Shown here: piece by piece, positions 51,971 to 64,000 of the stretch
How the letters are laid out: each line of letters begins with the position of its first letter
Position numbering within the stretch: the first letter of the stretch is position 1
NCBI GenBank assembly: GCA_043228905.1
Contig: JBHGNT010000006.1
Coordinates: 11,842,001 to 11,906,000, forward strand
DNA from: Azolla caroliniana
Taxonomy: Eukaryota; Plantae; Polypodiophyta
DNA: 64,000 nt
Reading direction: 5' to 3'
Notes under the pieces: model-generated
Seen by the model: the letters and a program-made list of their open reading frames with translations, nothing else
What the model was told of the DNA's origin: nothing
The model's database searches: none
Translations under genes and position numbers: made by a program

Positions 51971-52482
51971 ATATTGCGAAATGCACATAAAAAGGGACAC
52001 CACAATATGCACTACTGTTTTCTCTCTTGATCTTTTTCTTCAATATTGTTTGCAATATATTTGTTCCCTCAATTTCTTTTACATTTACATACGTGGATTT
52101 GCATGTGCGTGTAAGCTTATGTGAGCCTTCCTCTTTCTTCTTTATTTTTTGATAGATTTGATACATGGATTTGATCTAAAATGTTGCTTATGTGAGTTTA
52201 CAAAGTCTTGAAAAAGTTAGTAAACGTTTTTTGAAATAAATAAATAAATAATATATATATATATATATATATATATTTGGATCCAAAATTTTGTAATTTA
52301 TTTGATTTGGTATGTGCTAAAAAAACAGTATTTGATTTAGTAGGTGCTAAATTTTTATTTTCAACATGTTCGGGTTGACATTATCGCTTGTAGGAAAGTG
52401 GCCACTTAAAATTTTAAAATTCCGATTAAGATCGCAAGAAGCAGGAAAAATTCGAGTAAGGGCTAGAGACTTTGCCCAAACA

Positions 52483-52483
<1 letters not shown>

Positions 52484-52527
<44 letters not shown>
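52484..52527. repeat. (TGTGCC)n hexamer microsatellite upstream of GNA1
   Basis: About 7 copies visible; nearby (TA)n at about 52252-52276 and (GT)n(GA)n at about 52847-52908. Confidence 0.9.
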
Positions 52528-52846
52528 GACCTGGACCTTGTGCCCTTCCTCCATGATTTGTTTGTTTCAGATAACCGAGACATCCCTTGCAGGAAGATAC
52601 ATACCTCCTCATCCAGCAAGCACCATTGAAACTATCGTCTCCCTCCTACAACCTCCTATGTTTGTCCCCTCCCAATTCACCGTGGAACGAGTTACACTGT
52701 AATGTCCAGCATATGTTTTTCAGGTAAACAGTCATTCAACCCTCCTAAGATCTATGGAAATTGCAGAAAAATCCACCGCTGTTTTCTGTTTTCTGATACT
52801 CTGTGATTGTTAGCAAATTGGCCAGGCTATTTATTCCATACGTTTA

Positions 52847-52909
<63 letters not shown>

Positions 52910-53371
52910 ATGGATAAGGAGTACATCATACGTCCCCTCGCTCCTTCCGATTTCTCAAAAGGATTCGTAGATCTTCTATCTAAGCTCACTACTGTTGGGA
53001 GTGTCTCAGAACCAGAGTTTACCAGAAGGTTCGAAGAGATCTTCAACATAGAGAATAACAACAGTAGCCCTCCTCCATATTTCATAGCTGTGATTGAAGA
53101 TAAGGGCAGAATAATTGCATCAGGTACCCTTCTCATAGAAAATAAGTTTATTCATGGGTGTGGACGTGTTGGTCACATAGAAGATGTAGTTGTGGATGCG
53201 ACAATGCGCGGCCATCACCTCGGACAACATATCATCCAGTTCTTGACAGGTTATGCCAGAGATGCCCATTGCTATAAGGTGATCCTTGACTGTAGTGAAC
53301 ATAATGTCGGGTTCTACGAGAAATGTGGGTACTCTAGGAAAGCTGTGCAAATGGCACAATACTTCGATTAA
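52910..53371 (+). CDS. GNA1: Glucosamine-6-phosphate N-acetyltransferase (GNAT family), 153 aa, intronless CDS
   Basis: MDKEYIIRPL...KGFVDLLSKLTTVG...IASGTLLIENKFIHGCGRVGHIEDVVVDATMRGHHLG...CYKVILDCSEHNVGFYEKCGY are hallmark GNA1/GNPNAT1 motifs; ATG follows the (GA)n tract. Confidence 0.92.
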   Translation: MDKEYIIRPLAPSDFSKGFVDLLSKLTTVGSVSEPEFTRRFEEIFNIENNNSSPPPYFIAVIEDKGRIIASGTLLIENKFIHGCGRVGHIEDVVVDATMRGHHLGQHIIQFLTGYARDAHCYKVILDCSEHNVGFYEKCGYSRKAVQMAQYFD

Positions 53372-53980
53372 TCCAGATATGGAGAGATGATCATTTCTGT
53401 AATATAACTCTAGATTATATTGGGAACATAGAGTTGAATCTCATGAGAAAAATGTGGGCAATATGGAAATGTTGTCCATGGTCCTTTTGCTGTAAGATGA
53501 TGCTTGATTTTAATAAAACATACTGTTGAATCCTAGGAGATGCATATGGCACATTTGTAACTTCATTAATCCAGACGGATAAGCCCATTTCTGTGAGAAC
53601 ATAATGTTGAATGTCATGAGATAAATGTGGGCAATATGGAAATGTTGTCCATTGTCCTTTTGCTGTAAGATGATGCTTGATTGTAATAAAAAAGAATTTC
53701 ATTAATCCAGACAGAGAAACCTGTTTCTGTGAGGTAGCTCTAGATGATAATGGGAACATAACATTAAATTTCATGAGATGTAATGCTGAAATATTGTCCT
53801 TATATGATGGAGTCCTTTTGCTATGAACTGATGCTTGATTGTAATGAAACATATGGTTGAATCATTGGAGAAACGTATTACACATCATGATTTGATTAAT
53901 CCAAATGGAGAGTCCATTTCTGTGAGGTCGCTCTAGATGATTATAGGGATATAATGTTAAATTTCATGAGAAAATGTGGC
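53330..53980 (+). repeat. Four degenerate tandem copies (about 135-200 bp) of the GNA1 stop-codon/3'UTR segment
   Basis: TTAATCCA(G/A)A anchors at about 53368, 53567, 53702 and 53897, with shared tttctgt...tcatgaga blocks and gtccttttgct...gatgcttgatt in the first three. Confidence 0.75.
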
Positions 53981-54992
53981 TATTATTCAAATGTGGTGTT
54001 AAAGAATGCAAAAACTGAGGTTAAAAAGGATGGAGCAATCCTCCAACAAGAATGTACACTACATTTTGGTAACTTTTAACTGATGTTTAGAGTAAGCTGA
54101 AAAAGATTTGGCATGGTCCATTTAATTCACTTTCCTGTTTTCTAATGTTTAGTTGCACAATGGCGGAAAAATGGCAGATGATGGGTTTTGAATGTGTGAT
54201 CAAAACTTGTTATAGTACATTTATGAGTATCAATTATCATTATTTAGATCCAATGTGGTTTGATGTGATGTGTCACCTATAGAAGCATATGAATGTGAAT
54301 AGTCAACTTAGTTTAAGGTTTATGTTAATATTGCTTGTCATTGCTAGTGTGTTCTGTAAAATGATAGTTCTGTAAGTGTCAAGTGGAACATGCTTGATAA
54401 TTGTTTGTCGGACTTAGATACATGATTACATGTAACTTAATAGAATTGCGTCTGTGTTCTTACTTGATCACTGAATTGCACTATTAGTCTAAATTTCTTT
54501 GTTATTTGAACATTGCTTGCAATGCGACAATGGATTCCACTCCTGCATTGACAATTGAATTTGCAAAGGAGCATAAATTCAAGTTGTTATGTTACTCAAA
54601 AACATTGTCCAAAACATTCCCAAGTGTTATTTGTTGGGAGGCATATGTAGAAATAAATAAAAACAGATGTATGTAGTGCAAGTGGTGGGACGGGAGAAAA
54701 GAGAATAAGGCAAAATTACATCGAGATAAAAATCAAGCCTCAACTTCCCATGAGTGAGAACACACTCTAGGATACTCAATTGTGTGAACACCCCACCTCC
54801 TTGTATCGTAACTAGTTTGTCATAGACACATATTCTTTAAGTAGTTAAGACACGACCTCTTTCCCACGAGGCGGTACTAGTGAGAGAACTTAGAGAGAAG
54901 GTGACTACATAAGCACCTTCTCTGTCTCTTTTATAATATTGGTCATTCTTGTCTCCTTATTAATGCAATGTTTTGTTTTTCTATAATCTTGA

Positions 54993-55041
<49 letters not shown>

Positions 55042-55042
<1 letters not shown>

Positions 55043-57324
55043 GATATTTCCAAATGCAAGAGATGAAAAAGAAAAACTTGTTTAAGCTCAAACCAAAATT
55101 AGCATGGGGACAACTCAAGGGTAAGAAAGAAGATGTGAAAGGTCACTTTACAAATGAAGAGATGCTAGACTATGTACAAAGGTTATATATGCATGAAGGT
55201 GTGACTCCTATGGTTGAGAAAATTGAAACTCCATGCACTACATGTATCGATATTGATGATGTCAATAAGGGAATAAAGAAGATGGCAAGTGGGAAAGCAG
55301 TAGATTCAACCTATGTCTCAAGTAAGCTTTTAAAATGGACAATGCCACACACTCATCATTGGATAATGACAATTTTAGAGCAAGCTATAAAACAAGGATT
55401 TCCAAATGATTGGCTTATGAATTGGATTAAACCAATATTTAAAGGCGGAGATAAGAATCAAGTAGCAAATTATCGTACAATAATGGTTATCTCAATTATT
55501 GCTAAATTATATAGTACTATTATGGAGCAAAAGATAAGCACATGGGCTGAGAGCACAAGCAAAAGAGCACTTGGGCAAGCCGGATTTACACTAAAACACT
55601 CCACCGTGGATCATTTGGTCACATTAAGAGTAATAATGGAAGAGAGTCGACTACAAGGAAAAACACTTTTTTGTTGTTTTGTTGATTTCAAGAAAGCTTT
55701 TGATACCGTACCACGAAGTGAGCTTTGGAATAGAATGGTAGACATTGACATGCCATTAGAGTGCCGAGTTGCGGTTGCACACCTATATGAACAAGTTAAA
55801 TGCCAACTAAAAATGGATAGTGGATTCTCAAAGAGCTTTATAAGTGACATGGGGGTCAAGCAAGGATGTCTACTATCACCCACACTCTTTGGCTTATGTA
55901 TTGATAAATTAGAAGAAGTGGTGAATAAGGTTGCAAGAGAAGAAGGATTGAATGGCCCCAATTTGATGCAACATGTTATCTTATTGCTTCTATATGCAGA
56001 TGATGTGGTACTCTTCTCATATGATGTTGATAGTATGCAACATTTACTTGGGGTATTAGAAGAATTTTGCCATCGTAGTGGACTAGCAATGAATGTGGAG
56101 AAAACAAAAATGATGGTAGTGCAAATCATCCAACCTCATCATTACCGTATGCTCACATATAAAGGTGAACATATACAATTTGTTCAAAGCTTTAAATATC
56201 TTGGTATTGATGTACCCATCACAAATAAATGGAGTACATGCTTTGATTCTAGACTCCAAGCCGGTTGGAAATCATATTACCTTTTGGAGAACCAATGTAA
56301 CCAAAGTGATACTTGTGGATGGGAAGTAAACTTAATGTTGTTCAATGCCATGGTAACTCAAGTATTGCTTTATGGAGTAGAAGTATGGGGTGGCACCATC
56401 TCTCTTAATGCATGGAACGAGATTGAGAAAATTCAAAATATGTTTTTAAGGAGGCAATTAGGAGTTAAATGCACTACCTCTTACCAAGTTATGCTCTTGG
56501 AAACGGGTGTTCAACCCATAGAACTATTGGCACTCCAAAGAGTATATAAATACATTACAAAAGTCAAGAATATGCTGAATCATCAATTACCACATCTTCC
56601 TTGGAATGTTGGATGTAAGCTACAAAAGAATCATAAAAGTAAGATTCTCTCATCTAGTTGGGTTGTTGACATAAAGAAATGGTTTAGAAGATGGGGTGTG
56701 GATGATCTTTTAGAGCTTTCAGGCAATGCTATGCAATATGTAATGATTGAGGAAAGGTTGGTGGAATCATTAAGGATGAAGTGGGAGGATGCTAAGAGGA
56801 CAAAGCTAGAATACTACATTGCAAATGTCAACCCCGAATGTTGGTCTCAATATAAAGCAAGAATGTCTATTGATCGTATCCAACCTTATCTCATTACCAA
56901 TATGAGTAGCAATGCTCGTAGAGCCCTTACACTACTTTGCACTCGATCTCACAAGTTAGGTATTGAAGTTGTATCATGGTATCAAAATGTAACGAATTTG
57001 AAGACATGTAAAGTATGCAATGCAGGCATGGTAGAGGATGAATGTCACTTGTTCTTCACATGCTCAACATATAGTGCAATTCGTTCAAGATATGTTGACA
57101 TACTCAGATGGAGTGATAACTTAAGATCCATACTTAAGACACCACCTAGAAGGTTGAGCTCATATGTGTATGCTTTATTAACACATAGAGACTTTGTGCT
57201 TCAACATATGAATACCCCTTCTTACGAAGGAGATATATATCAAGAACACATGTATACTCTGGTCCCATAGGTCAAAATTGGCCTCTTTATGGATGATAAA
57301 AATTCTAATTCTAATTCTAATTCT
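55042..57324 (+). mobile_element. 5'-truncated non-LTR retrotransposon (LINE) with (AATTCT)4 tail, flanked by CT microsatellites
   Basis: RT ORF followed by AATTCT x4 at 57301-57324; (TC)n at 54995-55041 and about 57322-57351. Confidence 0.85.
55054..57270 (+). CDS. LINE ORF2 reverse transcriptase (no endonuclease domain present)
   Basis: NYRTI, QAGF, FVDFKKAFDTV, GVKQGCLLSPTLF, LLYADD, FKYLG; C-terminal CKVC...EDECHLFFTC; open for about 738 codons. Confidence 0.88.
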   Translation: MQEMKKKNLFKLKPKLAWGQLKGKKEDVKGHFTNEEMLDYVQRLYMHEGVTPMVEKIETPCTTCIDIDDVNKGIKKMASGKAVDSTYVSSKLLKWTMPHTHHWIMTILEQAIKQGFPNDWLMNWIKPIFKGGDKNQVANYRTIMVISIIAKLYSTIMEQKISTWAESTSKRALGQAGFTLKHSTVDHLVTLRVIMEESRLQGKTLFCCFVDFKKAFDTVPRSELWNRMVDIDMPLECRVAVAHLYEQVKCQLKMDSGFSKSFISDMGVKQGCLLSPTLFGLCIDKLEEVVNKVAREEGLNGPNLMQHVILLLLYADDVVLFSYDVDSMQHLLGVLEEFCHRSGLAMNVEKTKMMVVQIIQPHHYRMLTYKGEHIQFVQSFKYLGIDVPITNKWSTCFDSRLQAGWKSYYLLENQCNQSDTCGWEVNLMLFNAMVTQVLLYGVEVWGGTISLNAWNEIEKIQNMFLRRQLGVKCTTSYQVMLLETGVQPIELLALQRVYKYITKVKNMLNHQLPHLPWNVGCKLQKNHKSKILSSSWVVDIKKWFRRWGVDDLLELSGNAMQYVMIEERLVESLRMKWEDAKRTKLEYYIANVNPECWSQYKARMSIDRIQPYLITNMSSNARRALTLLCTRSHKLGIEVVSWYQNVTNLKTCKVCNAGMVEDECHLFFTCSTYSAIRSRYVDILRWSDNLRSILKTPPRRLSSYVYALLTHRDFVLQHMNTPSYEGDIYQEHMYTLVP

Positions 57325-58425
57325 CTCTCTTCTCTCTCTCTCTCTCTCTCTATACACACACACATAGTTCTTCTGTTGCACAGAATCCATCCGATTCTTT
57401 AAAACATATGTATATCTCCAAACTAATAATTGCATCTACAAAATAGTTTTGCTTCCAAGAACCAAAAATTTCCATATCCTTCTCTATGATTCCACAATTG
57501 AGTTCATATTCTTTCCTTTAGGAGGATTGATAACATTTTCTTTCCTCTTCATATTCGACCTTGAGAAATGGCATTGTAAGATAATCACACCGTTACCACC
57601 AAAATGTAATTGTATTATGCAAATGCATCCTTTGTCTGATTCTAATTATGTTCCAGCAAACCATGCAACTTAGACCTGAGCAAGAAGTCCTTTCATTTGT
57701 CGGAATGACATTGGAGAGACCGTTTCCTACCCGTAGTAGAAGATATATTCAAGTCTCAAAGTGAAATGGGAAATCAAAGGACATTACTTGAATGCCAGTT
57801 AAGGTACTTGCGAAGAAATACTCAAAGGAGCCCAATTCGCCATCTTGAGTCTTATTTGTTTGTGAGAGTTATATTTAAAACTAACCAAAATAGCAAATCT
57901 TGTAATGTTGATAGATGGGAGAATATTTGTGAGGAGTGAACTTGGGTTCTCTTGAGCCAAAAAGTGAGGAGAAGAAAAGAAAAGTCAACATGGTTGATAA
58001 ATATGATTTGTTGAAGATGTCTTAACTTCACAATTGAATTTTGTGACATTGTCCATGGTTGAAGGATACGCCTACCACGTGTTATTCTCGGGTGATGAGA
58101 ATTACACTATAATAGTTAATGAATATAAGGATTAATGTGTTCATGTTGCTAGATGTGTTGAATGTGTGTTAGCTAGATTTAATGAACTTCAATGACTTCT
58201 GTAAGGAAGTAGATAAGTAACTGTGGGTTAGTTAATATCTAAGTATGTAAGTGATTAACGACGTGTTTGATTAAGAAGCTAAAGTTAATGTTATGTGTGT
58301 GTAAGAGAGGAGTTAGGGTTACAATTAATGAACACTTAATGGGAAATGACTTAAGAAAATAGCTTGAGCAACAACACCTTCTATTAATAAGCATCAAGTC
58401 AGCAAAAAGCCCACAATGGGGTATA

Positions 58426-60194
58426 TGTTGAGGTGACAAGCTCAACCGGATCTGGACCGGTGTCCAGAATGGAGAACTGGATAGGTGTCCAGATCTTTAT
58501 CGAAGAGACGGATCATATTGTAACCAGTAGGAAGTTAGAGGCCTACAATCTTAGCCTAGGACGTAGGCATATTCCTTGGAGTTAGTGTTAGTCGCTCATA
58601 TGAGCAGTGAAGTACTTGTTAGTACATTTGCCAGTCCTTTTAAGGACTTGTATAAAAAGTGTTATGTAGGACATTTGTATGTACAAAGTGTTATTATTTT
58701 GAATTGATTTTTCACTGTTATGCTCCCTCTGTCTCTCCGGTGTATTCAAGCTTTCCATTAAACCTCCGTTCTGTGTTTTGCTGTTATCCGGACTAGCCAG
58801 TTTTATCTTAGCGTCCGCATATTATCTTTTACATGGTATCAAAGCGCGTGGGTTGAGAATCCTCTATTGCTGTCGAGTGATGCTCATAGACAAACCCTAA
58901 CACCCGGTAAAGAACAAGAAGGAGAGAATGGACCGAGGAATGGCTAGCTCGCTCCCGATGGAGAAGCTCGACAAATCCAACTATGCATCTTGGTCGTACA
59001 AGATGCACTAGTACTTGCTCGGGCATGGCTACTAGAGTTATGTCGACGGAGCTAATGATATGGCACCTGATGCGACACACAGGGACTTCCTGGCTTGGGA
59101 ACAAGCGGCAAGCAGGGCAATGTACTACTTTGTGTCTAGTGTCCCTGATCAACTACCTAGCCATATCCGAGACGCCAAGACACCAAAGGAAGCTTGGGGA
59201 AACCTTAAAAAGGTCTTCGCCACAAGCACCACAGCCCAGAAGTGGCAACTCCGATAGGAGCTGAGCAATATTCGATAGAAGGAAATGTGAGTGGTTGACT
59301 ACACAGCCTGAATCAAAGACATCTGCGATTCACTTGCCTCCATCAACGTGACCATCGCGGAGGATGAGATGGTGCAGGTTTGTCTCGGGGGCTTGGCGTC
59401 GAAGTTCGGAGCATTCGGGACTGCGGTATGTACAAGGGTGAATACGCCCTCCTTTTTCGACTTATAATCGATGCTCCTTGTAGAGGAGAACCACATGGGT
59501 GCGTCGACAAGCATGCACACAGACAACAAGATGTTGTACACGAAGGAAGAGAGGTCCCGTGGTCATGGGGAACGAGGTGAATCTGCGCTCAATGCAGGCG
59601 GCCAACATGAGCAGAATCACAGGCACAAAGATGGTGCCGACAACAATTCTTAACCCTCCGGAGGCAGGGGGAGTAAGGCCGTAGAGTGGGAAACTGACAA
59701 GGAAAGGCCGAAACAGAATGCTGGTATTATGGCCAAAAGGGCCACAGAGAAAGCGAGTGCTGGAAGAAGAGAGCTGATTCGGACAAAGCTGGATCGAACC
59801 GAAAAGACGCGGACAGGCGTCATCGATCGCACTTCGTTGGAGGCTCAATGAAAGCCGGATCGGGACCACCCTCGTAATGAAGCTATAAGGCCAACCGGAT
59901 GGGAGCTTCAAACCACATGATGAACCACAAAGAGTGGTTCTCCTTTCTCGAGAAGCCGGAGAAGCCGGGGGTAGTCAAAACCGGGGATGACACCCCACAT
60001 CCCATCGTGCACATTGGAGATGGCCCATTGAGCCATGTCGGTCAGAAGGGAATCACCGAGAACTTAGTGTCAGTCAGTCAGATCGTAGATCAAGGTATGC
60101 AGGTCTGGTTCATTCACCATGGATGCTTCATCAAGGAGGAATGCCGGATCATCACACAAGGGCACTGAGATGGAAGAATGTTCATTCTCAAAAC
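58426..60194 (+). mobile_element. Copia element I, 5' part (LTR 58426-58833, PBS, decayed gag-PR), interrupted by element J
   Basis: TGTTG...TTTACA directly followed by TGGTATCAAAGC; gag KLDKSNYASW, CWYYGQKGHRESEC knuckle, GASNHM. Confidence 0.85.
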
Positions 60195-63100
60195 TGTTGA
60201 GCGAGCAAGCTCAAACTGGATCCGGATTGGCTGAATAAGCCAAAGCTGGATCGGTATCTGGAACGGAGAACCGGATCGGATTGAAACCGGTAGACCGTTA
60301 GAGGCCTACGGATCTAGCCTAGTACGTAGGAATATTTTTGGGAGTCAGTGTCAGTCGCTCGTATGAGCATTGAAGTACCTGTCAGTCATTCTGTCAATCC
60401 TTTATGGACTTGTATAAAAGTGCTCTCTGATCACATTCTATGTATAGAGAGGATTATTATTTTTGAATTGAGTTTATGTTCTGTTCTCTTTGTCTCTCCC
60501 ATGTATTCTCTGTGTAAGGTCTCCATTAAAGCTTCTTCTCTACGTTCTGTTGGTATCCGGCTGAGTCGGTTTGTCATATGCTTCCGCATATTAACTTTAA
60601 CATGGTATCAGAACACGAGGGTTGAGACTTCTCTACCGCCGACAGACACTTTAGAAGACAAAGCCTAACACCCAATGAAGAACAGAAGAGAACCAAGATG
60701 GATAGAGGTATGGCAAGTACGCTTCCCACAAAAAAGCTCGACCGGAGCAACTATGCATCTTGGTCATATAAAATGCACAAGTACGTACTTGAGCATGGTT
60801 ACTAGAGCTATGTGGAAGGAACGAACAATGTAGCGCCGGAGCCGGCACATAAGGACTTCCCAGCATGGGAACAAGGAGCGAGTAGAGTGTTGTATTGCCT
60901 CGCATCCTATGTGCACGATTAGATGCTCAGCTACATCAAGGATGCAAAAACGCCGAAGGAGGCCTGGGAAAATCTTCGGAAGATTTTTGCCGCACATACC
61001 ACAACCCGTAAGTTGCAGCTTTGGCAAGAGCTGAACAACATCCGATAGAGAGATATGTCGGTTACGGAGTACACCACCAAAATAAAGGAGATTTGTGACG
61101 CGCTCAGGTCCATCAATGTGACGGTGGATGAAGACGAAATGGTACAAATCTGCCTCGGTGGCCTAGCACAACGGTATGGGCCAATCCGAAGGGCGATCTG
61201 CACTTGGGAGAAGCCATCGTCCTTCTTCGACCTGCGATCGATGTTGATGGTCGAAGAAAACCACGTGAGTGGGTCGTAGACCACTCAACTAGACAATCGG
61301 ATGTTGTACATGGAGGCGGATCGGCCTAGTGGGCGTGGAGGACGATGTAGGTCGGCACGCAATGGAGGCGACCGGCAAGAGCAGAATTGAAGGCACCGAG
61401 ACAATTTCGACAACAATTTCGGACCCTCCACGAGCAGGGGGAGTCAAAACGACGCCGGAAACTGGCAAGGGAAGGTCGACACGGAATGTTGGTATTGTGG
61501 TAAGAAAGGCCACAGAGAAAGCGAGTGCTGGAAGAAGCGTGCCGAATCGGACAAATCCAGATCCGGCAAAGCTCGCACTACACAGAAGGATCGGATGGAT
61601 TCGGAACCGGGAAGACCAGTAAAGGGCCAACCTTCATTATGAAGCACAAGACAAACTCGATGAAGAAGACCACTTCCGGATCGGAGGAAGTGTGGTAGGT
61701 TGATTCTGGGGCATCTAATCACATGACAAGCCATATAGAGTGGTTCTTATTTTTAGAGAAACCGGAACAACCAGGAATTGTCGAAACCGGGGACGACACC
61801 GCTGACCTGATTGTGCATGTCTGAGAACTCGATGAAGAAGACCACTTCCAGATCGGAGGAAGTGTGGTAGGTTGATTCTGGAGCATCTAATCACATGACA
61901 AGCCATATAGAGTGGTTCTCGTTTTTAGAGAAACCGAAACAACCAGGAATTCTCGAAACCGGAGACGACATCCTTCACCTGATTGTGCATGTCGGAGAAG
62001 TTCCTTTAATCCATGTCGAACAAAAGGGAAAGTTGATGAAAGTACTTCACATTTCGACAATCACAAAGAACCTGGTGTCTATCGGACAAATCATCAACCA
62101 GAGAATGCAGGTGCGGTTTACGCACCTTAGGTGCTTCATCGAGGAAGAGGGCCGGATAATTGCGCAAGGGCGCAGAGACGAGAGGATGTTCATCCTCAAC
62201 ACCAATGACGTAGGCACCGCCTTGTTTGCTAAAGGACAAAAGACTGAATCAAAATTGATCTCTGGCACAAGCAGATCGGCCACGTCAACTACCAGAGGCT
62301 TCAAAACCTGCAATTGAAACAGGTTGTTCTCAGATTGCCGAAATTCAGTGGCTTGAAGGCCTAAATATGTAAGCCTACCAACTGGGGAAGCAACATCGGC
62401 TTCCATTCCCCACCGAACAAAACCAGATCTGTAACAAGCTTGGCTTAATCCATCCAGATGTATGGGGACCGACACTCATGGATCTACCTCATTGAGAGGA
62501 AAAGTGATGTCTTTGACTGTTTCTGGAATCTACAAAGCTTAGTCGAGAGGGAAACAGAAAGAAAGATCAAGTGCCTACGGTCGGATGGCGGAAAAGAATA
62601 CTTTTTTGGCCAATTCAATAGTTATTTGCAGCAAAGAGGAATTCAGAGAGAATTCAAGTGCCGATACTCACTGGAACAAAATGGTGTGGCCAAGAGAAAG
62701 AATCGGTCGATTATCGACACGGCAAGGGCAATGCTGGAGGAGAAAAGCATGCCTAGGTTCTACTGGGCTGAGGTGGTCCGGACGGTTGTCTACATCCAAA
62801 ACCGGATTAGAGATAAGGTGTCAGCACATGAGTTGTATTTCGGGTGGAAGCCGAATTTGAGACACCTTCGGATATTCGGTAGCATGGCATATGTGCATGT
62901 ACTGGATGAGAAGCGGAGGAAGTTGGATCCGAAGTCGGAGAAGTGTATACTTGTTGGCTACTCACATGAACAGAAGGGGTATAATTGTTATAACCCCCAA
63001 ACTAAACATGTTCGAGTAAGTCGAGATGTCGAGTTTGATGAGTTGGCATCATGGTACTCTCTACCGACTCTAACTCCCGACAAAGACCCGATTCCGGAGG

Positions 63101-64000
63101 ATGAGGCTAGTGAACCCAGAGAGGTTTAGGTAGAAGATGAGGAATTCTGTACTCTAGAAGAGAGTCTGATCTCGTTCCGGCTGAGTGGGCCAAATGATGG
63201 ACTGAGTCAGAATGACCAATCAAATGAAGAATCGATGAGGAGTGGAAACTCTACTATGCTCTCCCTGCGCAAGGAACCGAGGAGATGGTTCACGCGCGAA
63301 GAGAAGGGGAAGAAGAAGATGTTGGGATACGAAACCGGCAATGAAAGGTCAGATCGAAGCGATATGACTCCGGAAAGGATGAAGGTGGAACTTCAGAAAT
63401 GAAGTCTGAACTGGCCAAGAAGGGCCTCAAACCGGCTGCTGAAAATTTGCGCCAGTCAACCCGCCAAAAGATCCTCTTAAAACGGTACAGATACAATGAG
63501 TACATGGCACATCACTATGTGTACATGACCAAGGTGGCGGAAGTGCGTGAGCCGCAGAGCTACGCAGAAGCAATGAAAGACGCAAATTGGCATGCTTCTA
63601 TGGAGGAAGAAATGCGGGCACTCAATGCCAACGACACATGGGACCTAGTTTACCCTCCTCATCATTGTAAACCGATCGGTTGTAAGTGGGTATATAAGGT
63701 AAATTACAATGGCGGCGGTTCGGTCAACTGGTACAAGGCCCAGTTAGTGGCGAGTGGATACGCACAGACGCACAAAATTGACTATGACGAGGCCTTCGCT
63801 CTGGTAGTGAAGATGACGACGGTTCGTGTGGTACTGGCTGTTGTTGCGGAAAGGGGATGGCATCTTCACCAAATGGACGTGAAGAATGTGTTTCTTCAAG
63901 GTGACCTTGAAGAACGGGTCTATATGATCCAACCCCCCGATTTTCAATTGGAGTTGAACAGGTCGGTAGTGTGTCAACTCAAAAAGTCACTTTATGGTCT
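60195..64000 (+). mobile_element. Copia element J (same family as I), running off the window
   Basis: LTR 60195-60602, similar to 58426-58833; PBS TGGTATCAGA at 60603; gag CWYCGKKGHRESEC, PR W*VDSGASNHM, IN LRSDGGKEY/EQNGVAKRKNR, RT start (HQMDVKNVFLQG). Confidence 0.9.

Noticed and set aside
52724-52825. 5'UTR intron of GNA1 (CAG/GTAAAC donor, TAG or CAG acceptor)
   Set aside because: Plausible but cannot be supported without transcript data
52850-52909. N-terminal extension MCVCVRERERE of GNA1
   Set aside because: Translation of the (GT)n(GA)n microsatellite from a non-ATG start; the real start is most likely ATG 52910

Overview
Eukaryotic DNA, almost certainly from a land plant: it carries plant tRNA-type primer-binding sites and plant LTR lineages, and a non-seed plant such as a fern or moss is plausible but only inferred. 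Most of the window is a pile of nested, mostly decayed LTR retrotransposons. These are several Ty1/copia elements, a near-intact chromovirus (19113-26129), an Athila-like element with a long extra 3' ORF (32641-48738), and at least four copies of a tRNA-Trp-primed non-chromovirus Ty3/gypsy family with TGTCG...CGACA termini. There is also a Ulp1-peptidase-bearing DNA-transposon remnant (about 1-2400), solo LTRs, a 5'-truncated LINE between CT microsatellites, and one clear host gene, glucosamine-6-phosphate N-acetyltransferase GNA1 (52910-53371). The most notable observations are: (1) a candidate -1 ribosomal frameshift cassette (G GAU UUU, 6-nt spacer, predicted H-type pseudoknot) placed AFTER the protease in the Trp-primed gypsy family, giving an alpharetrovirus-like gag-pro/-1/pol layout, in a family that also shows probable 4-bp CG-centred target sites; (2) a periodic hairpin-repeat/variable-spacer array in the chromovirus 5' leader; (3) TG...TA LTR ends on that chromovirus; (4) a roughly 930-codon accessory ORF in the Athila-like element. 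All alignments and counts were done by eye and no database searches were run.
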